Assembly: GCA_963662265.2 (NCBI GenBank)
Contig: CAXXHA010000014.1
Span: 1 to 64,000 of the forward strand
From: Spirochaetia bacterium
GTDB lineage: Bacteria > Spirochaetota > Spirochaetia > CADAEX01
Direction: 5' to 3'
Length of the DNA: 64,000 nt
The position numbers and the translations under genes are program-made. The notes beneath the pieces were generated by a model. The model was not told the DNA's origin. It saw only the letters and a program-made list of their open reading frames with translations, and ran no database searches. Below, piece after piece: positions 1-8,830 of the stretch (its first letter is position 1; every line of letters starts with the position of its first letter).

Positions 1-1
1 A

Positions 2-1201
2 TTCAAGAAGCTGAGCTTCAGGCATATCAATGGTTATCCAAAGGGATTCCTAAAACAAGAAAAAGAAAAGCCACTGAAAGTAAATAAAATACTTGATTTT
101 GATACATTTCTTTTTAAGCTCAAAAATATAGATTTTTCGTCGTATGAAATTAATCTTGTTTTAAAAACTCTTCAAGATCGGAATTTTATTTCAAGTTTTA
201 AATTAAAGGATAATTCAACTCATTTAGTATCATATCTTCTCGAATCCTGGGATTATGATAATTCTGAGATCATAAGGGAAAAGAAAGCCTTTAAGCACCG
301 AACCAGCCGTGCAAGATGTATTAAAATGACAAGTGATATTGAAAATCACTGGACAGAGTACTTCATTGATAAGAATCTTGAAGATCTAACAAAAAAGGAA
401 TTAAAAGCTTTTATTATTTTCTTATCTGAAAAGAAACTTGCAGCGAAAACAATTAATTCTATTTTTTCAGCTGGCAGTATTCCAATAAAGGCAGCTGTGG
501 AAAATGGTCTTATAAAAGAGGATATTACAAAAGGAATTATTAAAATCTCCGGAAAGTCCAAAAAACGGGGAATTCTTGAAGATAATGAGGTTCAGAGGCT
601 CTTTCATCTTGGAAAGTGGATTGATGAAAGGTATAGGACAGCTAACCTTTTATCGGCAACAACAGGTCTCAGAATGGGAGAAATAAGGGCGCTCAGGATT
701 CAAGATATTGAGGGTGACAAGCTAAATATTCAACACTCCTGGTGTCATATAGAAGATAAAATAAAATGCACTAAAACAGATGAAACAAGGTATGTCCCAA
801 TAATACCAGAGGTAAAAGAGGAACTTATGAACCTTATTATAATCAATCCATTTGGCCAGAATCCAGAAAACTTTATCTTCTTTTCATGGACTGATAAAGA
901 TAAACCCCTATATGATAACTTGATATTAAAAGCGTTAAAATCTGCGTTGAAATCTATAGGGATTAAAGAAGAAGAGAGGAAAAAGAGAAATATCGTATTC
1001 CATTCCTGGAGGCATTATCATGCTAAAAAAATGGCAGATGTTATAGATCAAAGGGCTATGTTGATTTCTGGTCACAAAAGTAAAGAGGTCTTTGAAACAT
1101 ATGCAAACCATCAGCAGGAGCAGGATTTTAAGGCTGCAGCTGATGCATCAGTTGAAGTATTCAGTAACATTCTTCAGTTTGATGATAAAATTATTTTATA
1201 A
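2..1201 (+). CDS. Tyrosine recombinase/integrase (5' part outside window; possible frameshift near 55-87)
   Basis: Catalytic motifs GLRMGE, HSWRH, SGH, TYANH; frame of ORF 326..1201 is open back to position 2 (includes WDYDNSEIIREK). Confidence 0.9.
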   Translation, partial: FKKLSFRHINGYPKGFLKQEKEKPLKVNKILDFDTFLFKLKNIDFSSYEINLVLKTLQDRNFISSFKLKDNSTHLVSYLLESWDYDNSEIIREKKAFKHRTSRARCIKMTSDIENHWTEYFIDKNLEDLTKKELKAFIIFLSEKKLAAKTINSIFSAGSIPIKAAVENGLIKEDITKGIIKISGKSKKRGILEDNEVQRLFHLGKWIDERYRTANLLSATTGLRMGEIRALRIQDIEGDKLNIQHSWCHIEDKIKCTKTDETRYVPIIPEVKEELMNLIIINPFGQNPENFIFFSWTDKDKPLYDNLILKALKSALKSIGIKEEERKKRNIVFHSWRHYHAKKMADVIDQRAMLISGHKSKEVFETYANHQQEQDFKAAADASVEVFSNILQFDDKIIL

Positions 1202-1340
1202 AAACCAGAGTAAAAACGGAGTCTGTAAATAATTCTGTGTAAAGCTCCAAATCTTTGATATAAAAGATAGGAGCTTATATTTATTGTAACCTCACCCCAC
1301 CATTCGAGCACTAAAGGAATTATTCTTCTGTGTATACTAT

Positions 1341-1922
1341 TTAGATTGTTAATATTGTGGGTAAATAATTCTGAAGTAAGTATAAAATAAAATCATCAAT
1401 TATTTTACTCTCAAATATAGTAGCCCCAGTTTTTCCTCTGTGTTTATCTACATTCTTCAATGATATTAAAAAATCATTTTCTGTCAAATTGTCAACATAA
1501 GTTTTAAATTTTGTATTAAGTTCTTTCTTTAATGATATCATTTTAATAATTGCTTCTTCTTTATTTTCAGCTTTATATGATATTGTTGAATCAAAAAGGT
1601 TTGCCGAATAAACATTCATATATAAGTGTTCATCATTCTCTTCATTTCTAATTATTATATTTGAAGGATTACCTACAAATCTTATAAGGACATGATAATT
1701 TTGGTAAGAATATAATTTATCAGATCCCTTTTTTTGATAATTAAATCCTATATCTAAAAGTACATCATTGATTCTCGAGATCAACTTTTCTTCTTTTCCA
1801 AACATCAGAGATCCATATTTATCTCTAAATTCATTATTTATTTCTAAGTAATCATTATTAATTTTCTTTAGCTCATAATCATATTCTTTTTTTTTATCAA
1901 GTAATTTAACTAATTCACTCAA
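1341..1922 (-). CDS. Hypothetical protein
   Basis: 193-aa ORF, AAGGA upstream of TTG; no recognised motif. Confidence 0.6.
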   Translation of the reverse strand: MSELVKLLDKKKEYDYELKKINNDYLEINNEFRDKYGSLMFGKEEKLISRINDVLLDIGFNYQKKGSDKLYSYQNYHVLIRFVGNPSNIIIRNEENDEHLYMNVYSANLFDSTISYKAENKEEAIIKMISLKKELNTKFKTYVDNLTENDFLISLKNVDKHRGKTGATIFESKIIDDFILYLLQNYLPTILTI

Positions 1923-1955
1923 TTTTATTTCCTTATATTATTTCGTACATGAATT

Positions 1956-2402
1956 TTATTTAAAATATTCAACTTCCATTTTTATATAGTGATCTACAAT
2001 TTCTTCTTTTGTTGATATTTTATAATAGCCGTTTTCATATGTGTATTCTTTAAACAGAATGAGAGCAGCTTTATACCCTTCCAGATGAAGCTTTTTCTGT
2101 AGATTTGTTTTTGCCTCATAATACGCTTTTTCAGGATAACTTCTACCGTAAATTCCAGCTATTCTTGCTCTGTATTTGTATACATCTGTTTTTTCATAGT
2201 TTAATCCTTCAATTTCATTTTTCTCTTCTGTTACAAGATATTCTCTTAGTGCAACATCTTCAGATACTTCATATACCGGATATTCCTTTTTCATTTCATC
2301 TTCTTTCATTCTTGCTTCTTCTTCCAGCTGTGCTGTAGAAACGCAACTTATTGCTGTAAACACAGCAATAAGTATTAGTCCATTTTTTAAGATTTTTCTC
2401 AT
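1956..2402 (-). CDS. Hypothetical lipoprotein
   Basis: Basic N-terminus, hydrophobic stretch and lipobox-like AISC. Confidence 0.7.
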   Translation of the reverse strand: MRKILKNGLILIAVFTAISCVSTAQLEEEARMKEDEMKKEYPVYEVSEDVALREYLVTEEKNEIEGLNYEKTDVYKYRARIAGIYGRSYPEKAYYEAKTNLQKKLHLEGYKAALILFKEYTYENGYYKISTKEEIVDHYIKMEVEYFK

Positions 2403-2439
2403 AATTATTTCCTTTTTGTATTTAACTTATAACCCATTT

Positions 2440-2511
2440 TATGAGGCCTTGAAAAATTATACTGCACTTTATTTAAAAATCAATTACTTTTTGACCAATA
2501 TATGAGGCCTT
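2440..2511. promoter_or_regulatory. Two 11-bp direct repeats TATGAGGCCTT (candidate operator pair)
   Basis: Exact copies at 2440-2450 and 2501-2511 between divergent lipoprotein and XRE genes. Confidence 0.5.
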
Positions 2512-2541
2512 ATATATAGATCATTATATCGAATATATAAC

Positions 2542-2760
2542 ATGGTCGATAAAAAAAAACTTTTATCAAGATTCTCTACGAATTTAAGAAGAATCAGAAA
2601 TGAAAAAGAATATACACAAATGCATGTATGCTTTTACACTGGTATAGATAGAAGCTTGTACCAGAAATATGAGAGTAATACCCCCCCTGATATTCGATTA
2701 TCTAATCTTGTAAAGATACTAAAAGTTCTTGAAGTCAGTTTAGATGATTTAATAAAATAA
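2542..2760 (+). CDS. XRE/Cro-C1 HTH transcriptional regulator
   Basis: LRRIRNEKEYTQ...GIDRSLYQKYESN...LVKILKVLEVSLDDL pattern. Confidence 0.85.
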   Translation: MVDKKKLLSRFSTNLRRIRNEKEYTQMHVCFYTGIDRSLYQKYESNTPPDIRLSNLVKILKVLEVSLDDLIK

Positions 2761-3075
2761 TTCATAGTTGTCAAAAACAAGGATTATTATTTGACTATGT
2801 CATTTCCTCTGGTTTTCTAGACACTTAATCTAATTAAAACTAATATCCAAAATAAAAAGCGATTTGCTTAGAATAAATATCTATTTTTTTGTGTATTAAT
2901 TGTGTATATATAATAAAAAAAAGTGTGTATATATAACATATATTTAAAAAAATTGATGTACACCGTTAAATGCTTATATGATAAGTAATTAACTACCTTG
3001 ATATACCTAATCTTTATCTTGCCGTAATGTAAAGATAAATTGCATTAAAATTGAAAAAAATGAAGATAATAATTA

Positions 3076-3150
3076 GTCAAAAATGACACTAAAATGACAC
3101 CAAAATGACACTAAAAAGGTCATTTTTGACAAAAAGTTGTCATATTTGAC
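3076..3150. repeat. Iteron-like array: 3 tandem AAAATGACAC(T/C) plus 3 GTCA-N4-TGAC palindromes; candidate origin
   Basis: 11-mers at 3080-3090, 3091-3101, 3102-3112; palindromes at 3076-3087, 3119-3130, 3139-3150; AT-rich non-coding context. Confidence 0.65.
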
Positions 3151-3246
3151 ATTTTTATCAGAAATGAAATAGTAATTTATGAGTGTTTAATGGGGTGACT
3201 ACTTATGAGTAATAAATTCCACTGTCATATTGGATATATTAGTTAT

Positions 3247-3546
3247 TCATTCAGTTGGATATTGGTCTCTTTTATAACAGTTAAAGCTGTTAGGCATCTC
3301 TATTTTACACCCTTCGGGTTTAGGATATATTCCTTTATCTAAGTAATTATGATTATTTCTGGGACATTTTATTTTACATAATTCAGGATCAGGATAACAG
3401 ATTTTTTTAGAAGAAGTACTAGTATTGTTTTTCACATTAATCAAATCTGAAAATAAAGATTTGATAATTTTATGTGAAAAATGAATACAAATATCATTAT
3501 TTTTTATATTCTTTATAATCTCTTGTTTAAGTTCTTTATTTTTCAC
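3247..3546 (-). CDS. Hypothetical Cys-rich small protein
   Basis: 99-aa ORF, AAGGA RBS, several Cys residues. Confidence 0.5.
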   Translation of the reverse strand: MKNKELKQEIIKNIKNNDICIHFSHKIIKSLFSDLINVKNNTSTSSKKICYPDPELCKIKCPRNNHNYLDKGIYPKPEGCKIEMPNSFNCYKRDQYPTE

Positions 3547-3691
3547 TGATATTTATATCCTTTAAAACTATTATTTTTTCCTGTGATTGCATTCATAATA
3601 GCGTTTTAAGAAACTTTTATGATTAAATAATATAGTTTTTAGTAATTTTAAGTTTTTTGTTAATTTATAGTCCTATTCAAAAATATTATTT

Positions 3692-4609
3692 TTATCCAGC
3701 TTTGCCAATTTTCCCTATTTTCTTTTTTAGATTATCAAATTTACTTTTTACTAATTTTATATCTGCCTTACATGACTTATCAGGATACTGTGGTAGTAAA
3801 ACAGGTTTTTTATCAAACTTGCCACTTCTTATATAAGAGATCATATCATTTATTACAGTACAAAAAGTTTTAAAACGATATACTCTTATATCTGGTTCAT
3901 TCTTACTTTTCCTCGTATAAATCCAATTTATTGAATCATCGAAAAAAACATCTAAACAACGAATAATAAGATCTAAATCTTTACAATCTCTATAGATTTT
4001 AAGTGCTAATAATTTTTCTTTTGTTGTCGGGCTGCTCGTTATATTAAGGCGCTTATTCAACCTTTTATAATATTCCTCTGTTATAATTTTTACATATTTT
4101 TCTACTTTTACATTTTTTAATGGAGAAAAATATTTTTCCAGAGCTTTTTCTCTCTCTCTATTAATATCATTATCAAATTCAGAATCAATATAGTTAGTAT
4201 CATATTTATAGGGTATAGATATGGTATCAATAGGATATCTATATCCTACTTCTGCTGCAAAATTTAAAACGTTTTTTGGCAATTCTTTTAAAACAGCTTC
4301 AATACCAGTTTTTATTTTAATTCTCTTTTCAAATTGCTGATGCTTCGGCCATGTGGGAAGAATCACAAATTCATTATTATAGTGAAATGCTTTTCTATCT
4401 TTTTCAAATCTCATGATAATCTCTTCGACGGTTGATATTTCAAATCCAGAATCAAATGAAATCCTATTTTTCGTAATTTTATAAATACCTGCAATATTTG
4501 TTAAAGGATTGGTTAACAAATACATATATAAAAACTTTTCAGAGGGATTCAGTTCCATTATCCATTTATCATCCCAGAATGATGTTGAGATATATCGTTG
4601 TGTTGCCAT
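3692..4609 (-). CDS. Phage-type replication initiator/replisome organiser
   Basis: N-terminus MATQRYISTSFWDD...EKFLYMYLLTNP.TN.AGIY typical of phage replication-protein wHTH domains; AGGAG RBS. Confidence 0.75.
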   Translation of the reverse strand: MATQRYISTSFWDDKWIMELNPSEKFLYMYLLTNPLTNIAGIYKITKNRISFDSGFEISTVEEIIMRFEKDRKAFHYNNEFVILPTWPKHQQFEKRIKIKTGIEAVLKELPKNVLNFAAEVGYRYPIDTISIPYKYDTNYIDSEFDNDINREREKALEKYFSPLKNVKVEKYVKIITEEYYKRLNKRLNITSSPTTKEKLLALKIYRDCKDLDLIIRCLDVFFDDSINWIYTRKSKNEPDIRVYRFKTFCTVINDMISYIRSGKFDKKPVLLPQYPDKSCKADIKLVKSKFDNLKKKIGKIGKAG

Positions 4610-4679
4610 TATTAAAAATCTCCTAAATGATTACATTATTTTTTATTTATTAAATAATCAGAATTTAAGAAGAAATTAA

Positions 4680-4859
4680 TTATTCCTTTACTACTTTATT
4701 ACCATCAAGATCAATAAACTGTTCACTAATTGTTTTTCTTATTAGTGGAGGCCTATTCCCAGAAAATTTAATTTCTATAGAGAGAGAGCCATAATCAAGC
4801 GTTTTTGATTTATCTCGTAGCCAGTCTTTAATTATATTAATTTCACTACTTTTTAGCAT
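4680..4859 (-). CDS. Small DUF2292/YezD-like protein (59 aa, absent from ORF track)
   Basis: MLKSSEINIIKDWLRDKSKTLDYGSLSIEIKFSGNRPPLIRKTISEQFIDLDGNKVVKE; GGAG RBS; overlaps end of xis-like gene. Confidence 0.6.
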   Translation of the reverse strand: MLKSSEINIIKDWLRDKSKTLDYGSLSIEIKFSGNRPPLIRKTISEQFIDLDGNKVVKE

Positions 4860-5028
4860 TAATTTCTCCTGTTAGCATTTCAATATAAGTAATTGGAATC
4901 AATACCCTTTTACCAATTCTAATTGAAGGGACATCACCATTTTTTGTATGCCTATAAAGAGTTATTTCAGCTACAGAAAGAATCTTTGATGCTTCTTTTA
5001 CAGTAAATAATTTTTTTTCTGTTATCAT
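4846..5028 (-). CDS. Excisionase/AlpA-like HTH_17 DNA-binding protein
   Basis: LFTVKEASKILSVAEITLYR...GDVPSIRIGKRVLIP; GGAGG RBS. Confidence 0.85.
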   Translation of the reverse strand: MITEKKLFTVKEASKILSVAEITLYRHTKNGDVPSIRIGKRVLIPITYIEMLTGEINAKK

Positions 5029-5110
5029 TTGGTTTCCTCCTAATTATTACCGCTTAAATATTTCTTAAATAACTACAGTTTTTATGATTAAGGAAATATA
5101 TACACGACTT

Positions 5111-5215
5111 ATAGTACCTATATGAGTACTATAAACACTATTGTAGTACTCAAATGAAGACTTTGTCAACATATATCTTTACTATTTGTAAATATTAGTT
5201 CACATATAAGTACTA
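5111..5215. promoter_or_regulatory. Three AGT(A/T)C-N8-GTACT-type operators in divergent repressor/xis region
   Basis: Perfect ATAGTAC-N8-GTACTAT 5111-5132; imperfect copies 5144-5163 and 5196-5215. Confidence 0.6.
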
Positions 5216-5677
5216 ATGTTCTATAATGAGGATATGTCAAGATTTTGGGATAATACTCTAAAAATTATGCAAAATAAAAATATCTCACAAGTTAATTTAG
5301 CTAATGCAATAGGGAAACAAAAAACAACAATAAATACTTGGATAAAAAATGATAGAATTCCTTCAGCTGATTATGCGATTAAAATTGCTGATTTTCTTAA
5401 TACTGACTTAAACTATCTGGTAACTGATAAGCACCAAGAAGATGAAATTCAAGAAATCAATATTTTAAAAAAAAATTGGAATACAAACAAAGATCTTTCT
5501 TTAGCAGTAAAGAATCTTTTAAAGCTTGATTACAATAGCCTTTTAATGGTTAATGGATATATTCAAGGTAAATTAAAAGATGCAGATGATCATTTGAAAA
5601 CATATATTTCAGATAATTCTTATAATTCTAATCTATTAGCTGCTGAAAATAATAAAGATTTATATGGTAAAAAATAA
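5216..5677 (+). CDS. XRE-family repressor (CI-like; start may be ATG 5234)
   Basis: ISQVNLANAIGKQKTTINTWIKNDRIPS...KIADFLNTDLNYLV HTH; divergent from xis/rep operon. Confidence 0.85.
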   Translation: MFYNEDMSRFWDNTLKIMQNKNISQVNLANAIGKQKTTINTWIKNDRIPSADYAIKIADFLNTDLNYLVTDKHQEDEIQEINILKKNWNTNKDLSLAVKNLLKLDYNSLLMVNGYIQGKLKDADDHLKTYISDNSYNSNLLAAENNKDLYGKK

Positions 5678-5970
5678 GAATACTATTTTATGGTTTTTAT
5701 TTTCAAAATATATAAACCAAAGTAATTTTATAAAATATTCTATTTTATGTTAAATGATAGAGGACAATTGCAATTACAATTTTTGTTTTCTTTAATTATA
5801 ACCTATGGTTATGATATGGGACTATATATATGGAAACAAAGTTATTACCCAATAATGTTTAGTTTTTTTGAAACAATTTTAGATTATAAATCTGATTATT
5901 ATTAATAATTAATTAGCTGTATGGAATACCTTCAGTTTTGTAGACACTTTATAATCAACAAATCTTCTTT

Positions 5971-6585
5971 TCAGCCAAAGACTAGTTTTTCTGATTTATA
6001 AAATGTATAGCCTTCGTAGTGGTAGCTTGCATCGATACCTTTCATAAAAATATCTATGTCATTGATCCGTTCTGTGAGAGCTGTTTGTAATAAATATTTG
6101 ATTTCAATATCTTTCACAGGGCTTCTTTCCATGGCTTGTAGATAATCATTTTTATCAACATTGCTCCAATCGACAACCTGTTTCAATTCAGTTTTCAGAA
6201 TAAGATCAAGCCATATTCTCATGGAACGACCGTTGCCCTCTCTGAAAGGGTGAGCAACATTCATTTCGACATACTTTTCAACAATCTCGTCAAATGTCGT
6301 TTGTGGCATAGCATCAATATTTTTTAGTGATGCATTGATGTACATAATCGGGATAAAGCGGAATGAACCCTTTGAAATATTCACAGATCTGATCTGTCCA
6401 GCGAAGGGATATATTTCATCAAAAAGGTATTTGTGAATTTCAGAAATAGTCGTAAAACCTCCAGCTTCAAAACTATTTATAAAACCGCTTTTAAAAAGCT
6501 CTATAGCCTTTGTTTTGCTAATTTTTTCCTCTGCCTTTGCGAGCTGGACAGGATCAGCTATACCAAGAATATTTTCAAGAATCAT
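5971..6585 (-). CDS. fic: Fic-domain adenylyltransferase, class III (C-terminal inhibitory helix)
   Basis: Canonical HPFREGNGR motif and C-terminal SYHYEG matching (S/T)xxxE(G/N). Confidence 0.9.
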   Translation of the reverse strand: MILENILGIADPVQLAKAEEKISKTKAIELFKSGFINSFEAGGFTTISEIHKYLFDEIYPFAGQIRSVNISKGSFRFIPIMYINASLKNIDAMPQTTFDEIVEKYVEMNVAHPFREGNGRSMRIWLDLILKTELKQVVDWSNVDKNDYLQAMERSPVKDIEIKYLLQTALTERINDIDIFMKGIDASYHYEGYTFYKSEKLVFG

Positions 6586-6834
6586 TAACTTTCACACCTT
6601 TAAAAGTTATTAAGTCTATAAAATTTCAGCAACTGTTCATCAATTTCAGTTTTGTATTTTCTCACAAATATTTTGTAATCTTCCGCTAAATCAATTTGAG
6701 CTAACAAAATCATTTAACCTTTCTTTTTAACAGAGAATCGTATCATCCTGCATTCCTCATGGAAATGGTAACATTAAATCCCCATAGGGAGATGTGGAAA
6801 AGGACTTGCCATTTTCAACAGTTTTTAAACAGCT

Positions 6835-7197
6835 GGTCCAATCTCGAAACATCGGTAACAGTTACCCTTCAAGACATGGTTAACGGTTTCCTTAAATTGT
6901 CCTTATTAAATTTCACAATAGACTCAGGTTGTAATAATCCTGTGTCCATATCCAAAAATCCTAAAAAATAATCACAAAACCATACATTCTAATGTCCTTC
7001 TTTTTGCGGTCTTATACCTACATAATACCCCATGAAAGGATTACCGATAAAGAACATTCTTCTTTTAATGCTGATATATCCTCTGTTATTTACCAACCGT
7101 ATCCTGAATGTTCTGGGATATTCCAAGTCTTCAATGATACCGTCATATTGATTTTCTGATGCAGTATAACCATAGCTGGTGTCTTCATTCCTAAATC
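6835..7197 (-). pseudogene. IS481-family transposase 3' remnant with terminal repeat region
   Basis: Minus strand reads DLGMKTPAM, frameshift, YTASENQYDGIIEDLEYP...VNNRGYISIKRRMFFIG..., stop at 6989-6991, VWFCDYFLGFLD; followed by ACATCGGTAACA / ACATGGTTAACG end-like repeats. Confidence 0.6.
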
Positions 7198-7590
7198 TTA
7201 CAGAAAATCGCTATGATTATTTTACAATCTGTTGTTAAATTAAGAGGGGGTCAGTATTGCGGTTAGTGACACCTCCATAATTTAGGCAATTTAATGCCAC
7301 AGATTGATTTATCTTTGGTTATGGAGAACTAATAACCACCAATATCTAATTGATGAAATCATAACTATCGAAGTTATGTAGTTAATTAAGATTATCATCA
7401 TAATATAAATGTATCAATTAAAATATCAAAAGAATAAGTTCTTTTTTATTAGAAGAAAAGTTTCTTATTTTACTTTAAATCATAATAAAATGCTTCATGT
7501 TTATATTACATAAGATACTAAAAAATCAACTTCATAATATGAGTTATGAAGTATGTGAATTGAAGAAATTTTCTTTTTTACATTTTTAAA

Positions 7591-8175
7591 CTATTTTCCT
7601 TCTTTGATATAGATCCCATCATTTGGAATATCATTCATATATGGAGGCAGTTCATCTGAAATTTTTATATAAGTTATTTTATGGTACTCATCTAAATAAT
7701 GGATATGTCCAGTTAACGCTCCTTCTTTTGAATAGAAAAAATAAGGGCGGGTGATTGCTTCTTTATCTCTTTGACCAAGGAAGACAGCTTTTTTGTCATT
7801 CGTTAGAACAAATATAGAGAAATCTCCACGTGTCCACCAACCATCACAATATTCTATGAACTCTGATACATTATCATATGAGTAATCTTCATCTATTCGT
7901 CCATAATTTGATTCAGCTACGATAAGGTATGAAAGGATTTCTCCGAATCGATATTGATGATAATCTACAATTCTCTCCATCGGTAAATAATCATCTCGTA
8001 AATAGAAAACAGTATTTATTAATTTTTCAGAAAGTAATTTTATTTCTTCTGTATCTCCCAAACTCTTAAAGAGTTCTATACTCTCATTGCTAACGACATA
8101 AACACCATTTCGAGATTGTGCAGATAAGCTATATACACAAAAAAGAAGTATAAATATTATAAGTACACGTCTCAT
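7591..8175 (-). CDS. Secreted hypothetical protein
   Basis: Signal-peptide-like MRRVLIIFILLFCVYSLSA; AGGAG RBS. Confidence 0.7.
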   Translation of the reverse strand: MRRVLIIFILLFCVYSLSAQSRNGVYVVSNESIELFKSLGDTEEIKLLSEKLINTVFYLRDDYLPMERIVDYHQYRFGEILSYLIVAESNYGRIDEDYSYDNVSEFIEYCDGWWTRGDFSIFVLTNDKKAVFLGQRDKEAITRPYFFYSKEGALTGHIHYLDEYHKITYIKISDELPPYMNDIPNDGIYIKEGK

Positions 8176-8239
8176 ATTCGCTCCTAAAAAATATTATATA
8201 GGTATTTTAGTTTTTTGATAATCAGGAAATTTTTCCATA

Positions 8240-8827
8240 TTAACACCACCCATCAAGAAGATTGTACAATTCATTCACCAAAGCAGAACGTCTATCTCCA
8301 ACAGGTGTGCTCTCTAATTCCTTCTTAATCTCAATATGCCGCAATAATACCTTTTGGAAGGTAAAAGAATAATATTTTTCTCGCATCCAAACTAAATCAT
8401 CACCAGTTATAGCATCATGAATTCTCTCAGGTAGATAGTTGATATAATCAGGATATTCATCAGATGATGAATGCCACATATCAGCTTTTTCTATATCCTT
8501 TCCTAAGAGATGAGGAATGAGATAGATATTGGATAGCATAGTTCTGGCAAGTATATAATCCCCATCCTTCCCCATCCGGTGTAATATCAAGGCCCAACAA
8601 AGGAGAGCAAAAGGTTCACACATATCATCTGGTAATTCCTTTTCAAACCATTTCAGATATTCAGAAGACCTGCGATTATCTCCAAGGAGGAAGTAGAGAT
8701 AGAATAGATAGTACCTGGCACCGCCTCCATCATCTATGAAACCATGCTCTCTCTTAAAGGCTGAGAGTTTTGAGCGGATTCTTGTGATTCTGGATGATAT
8801 GCCTTTCGATGTTTTGGGGAAAGTTAT
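8240..8827 (-). CDS. Hypothetical protein downstream of hsdS; frame extends to an ATA codon with RBS (195 aa)
   Basis: ORF 8240..8623 is open for 68 further codons (ITFPKTSKGISSRI...DDGGGARYYL...); GAGGAA lies just upstream of ATA 8827-8825. Confidence 0.6.
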   Translation of the reverse strand: MTFPKTSKGISSRITRIRSKLSAFKREHGFIDDGGGARYYLFYLYFLLGDNRRSSEYLKWFEKELPDDMCEPFALLCWALILHRMGKDGDYILARTMLSNIYLIPHLLGKDIEKADMWHSSSDEYPDYINYLPERIHDAITGDDLVWMREKYYSFTFQKVLLRHIEIKKELESTPVGDRRSALVNELYNLLDGWC

Positions 8828-8830
8828 GAT

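Noticed and set aside
3076-3150. Possible mini-CRISPR or microsatellite
   Set aside because: 11-bp units are directly tandem with no spacers; better explained as protein-binding iterons
6759-6971. 70-aa plus-strand ORF
   Set aside because: Antisense to the IS481 remnant; no features of a real gene
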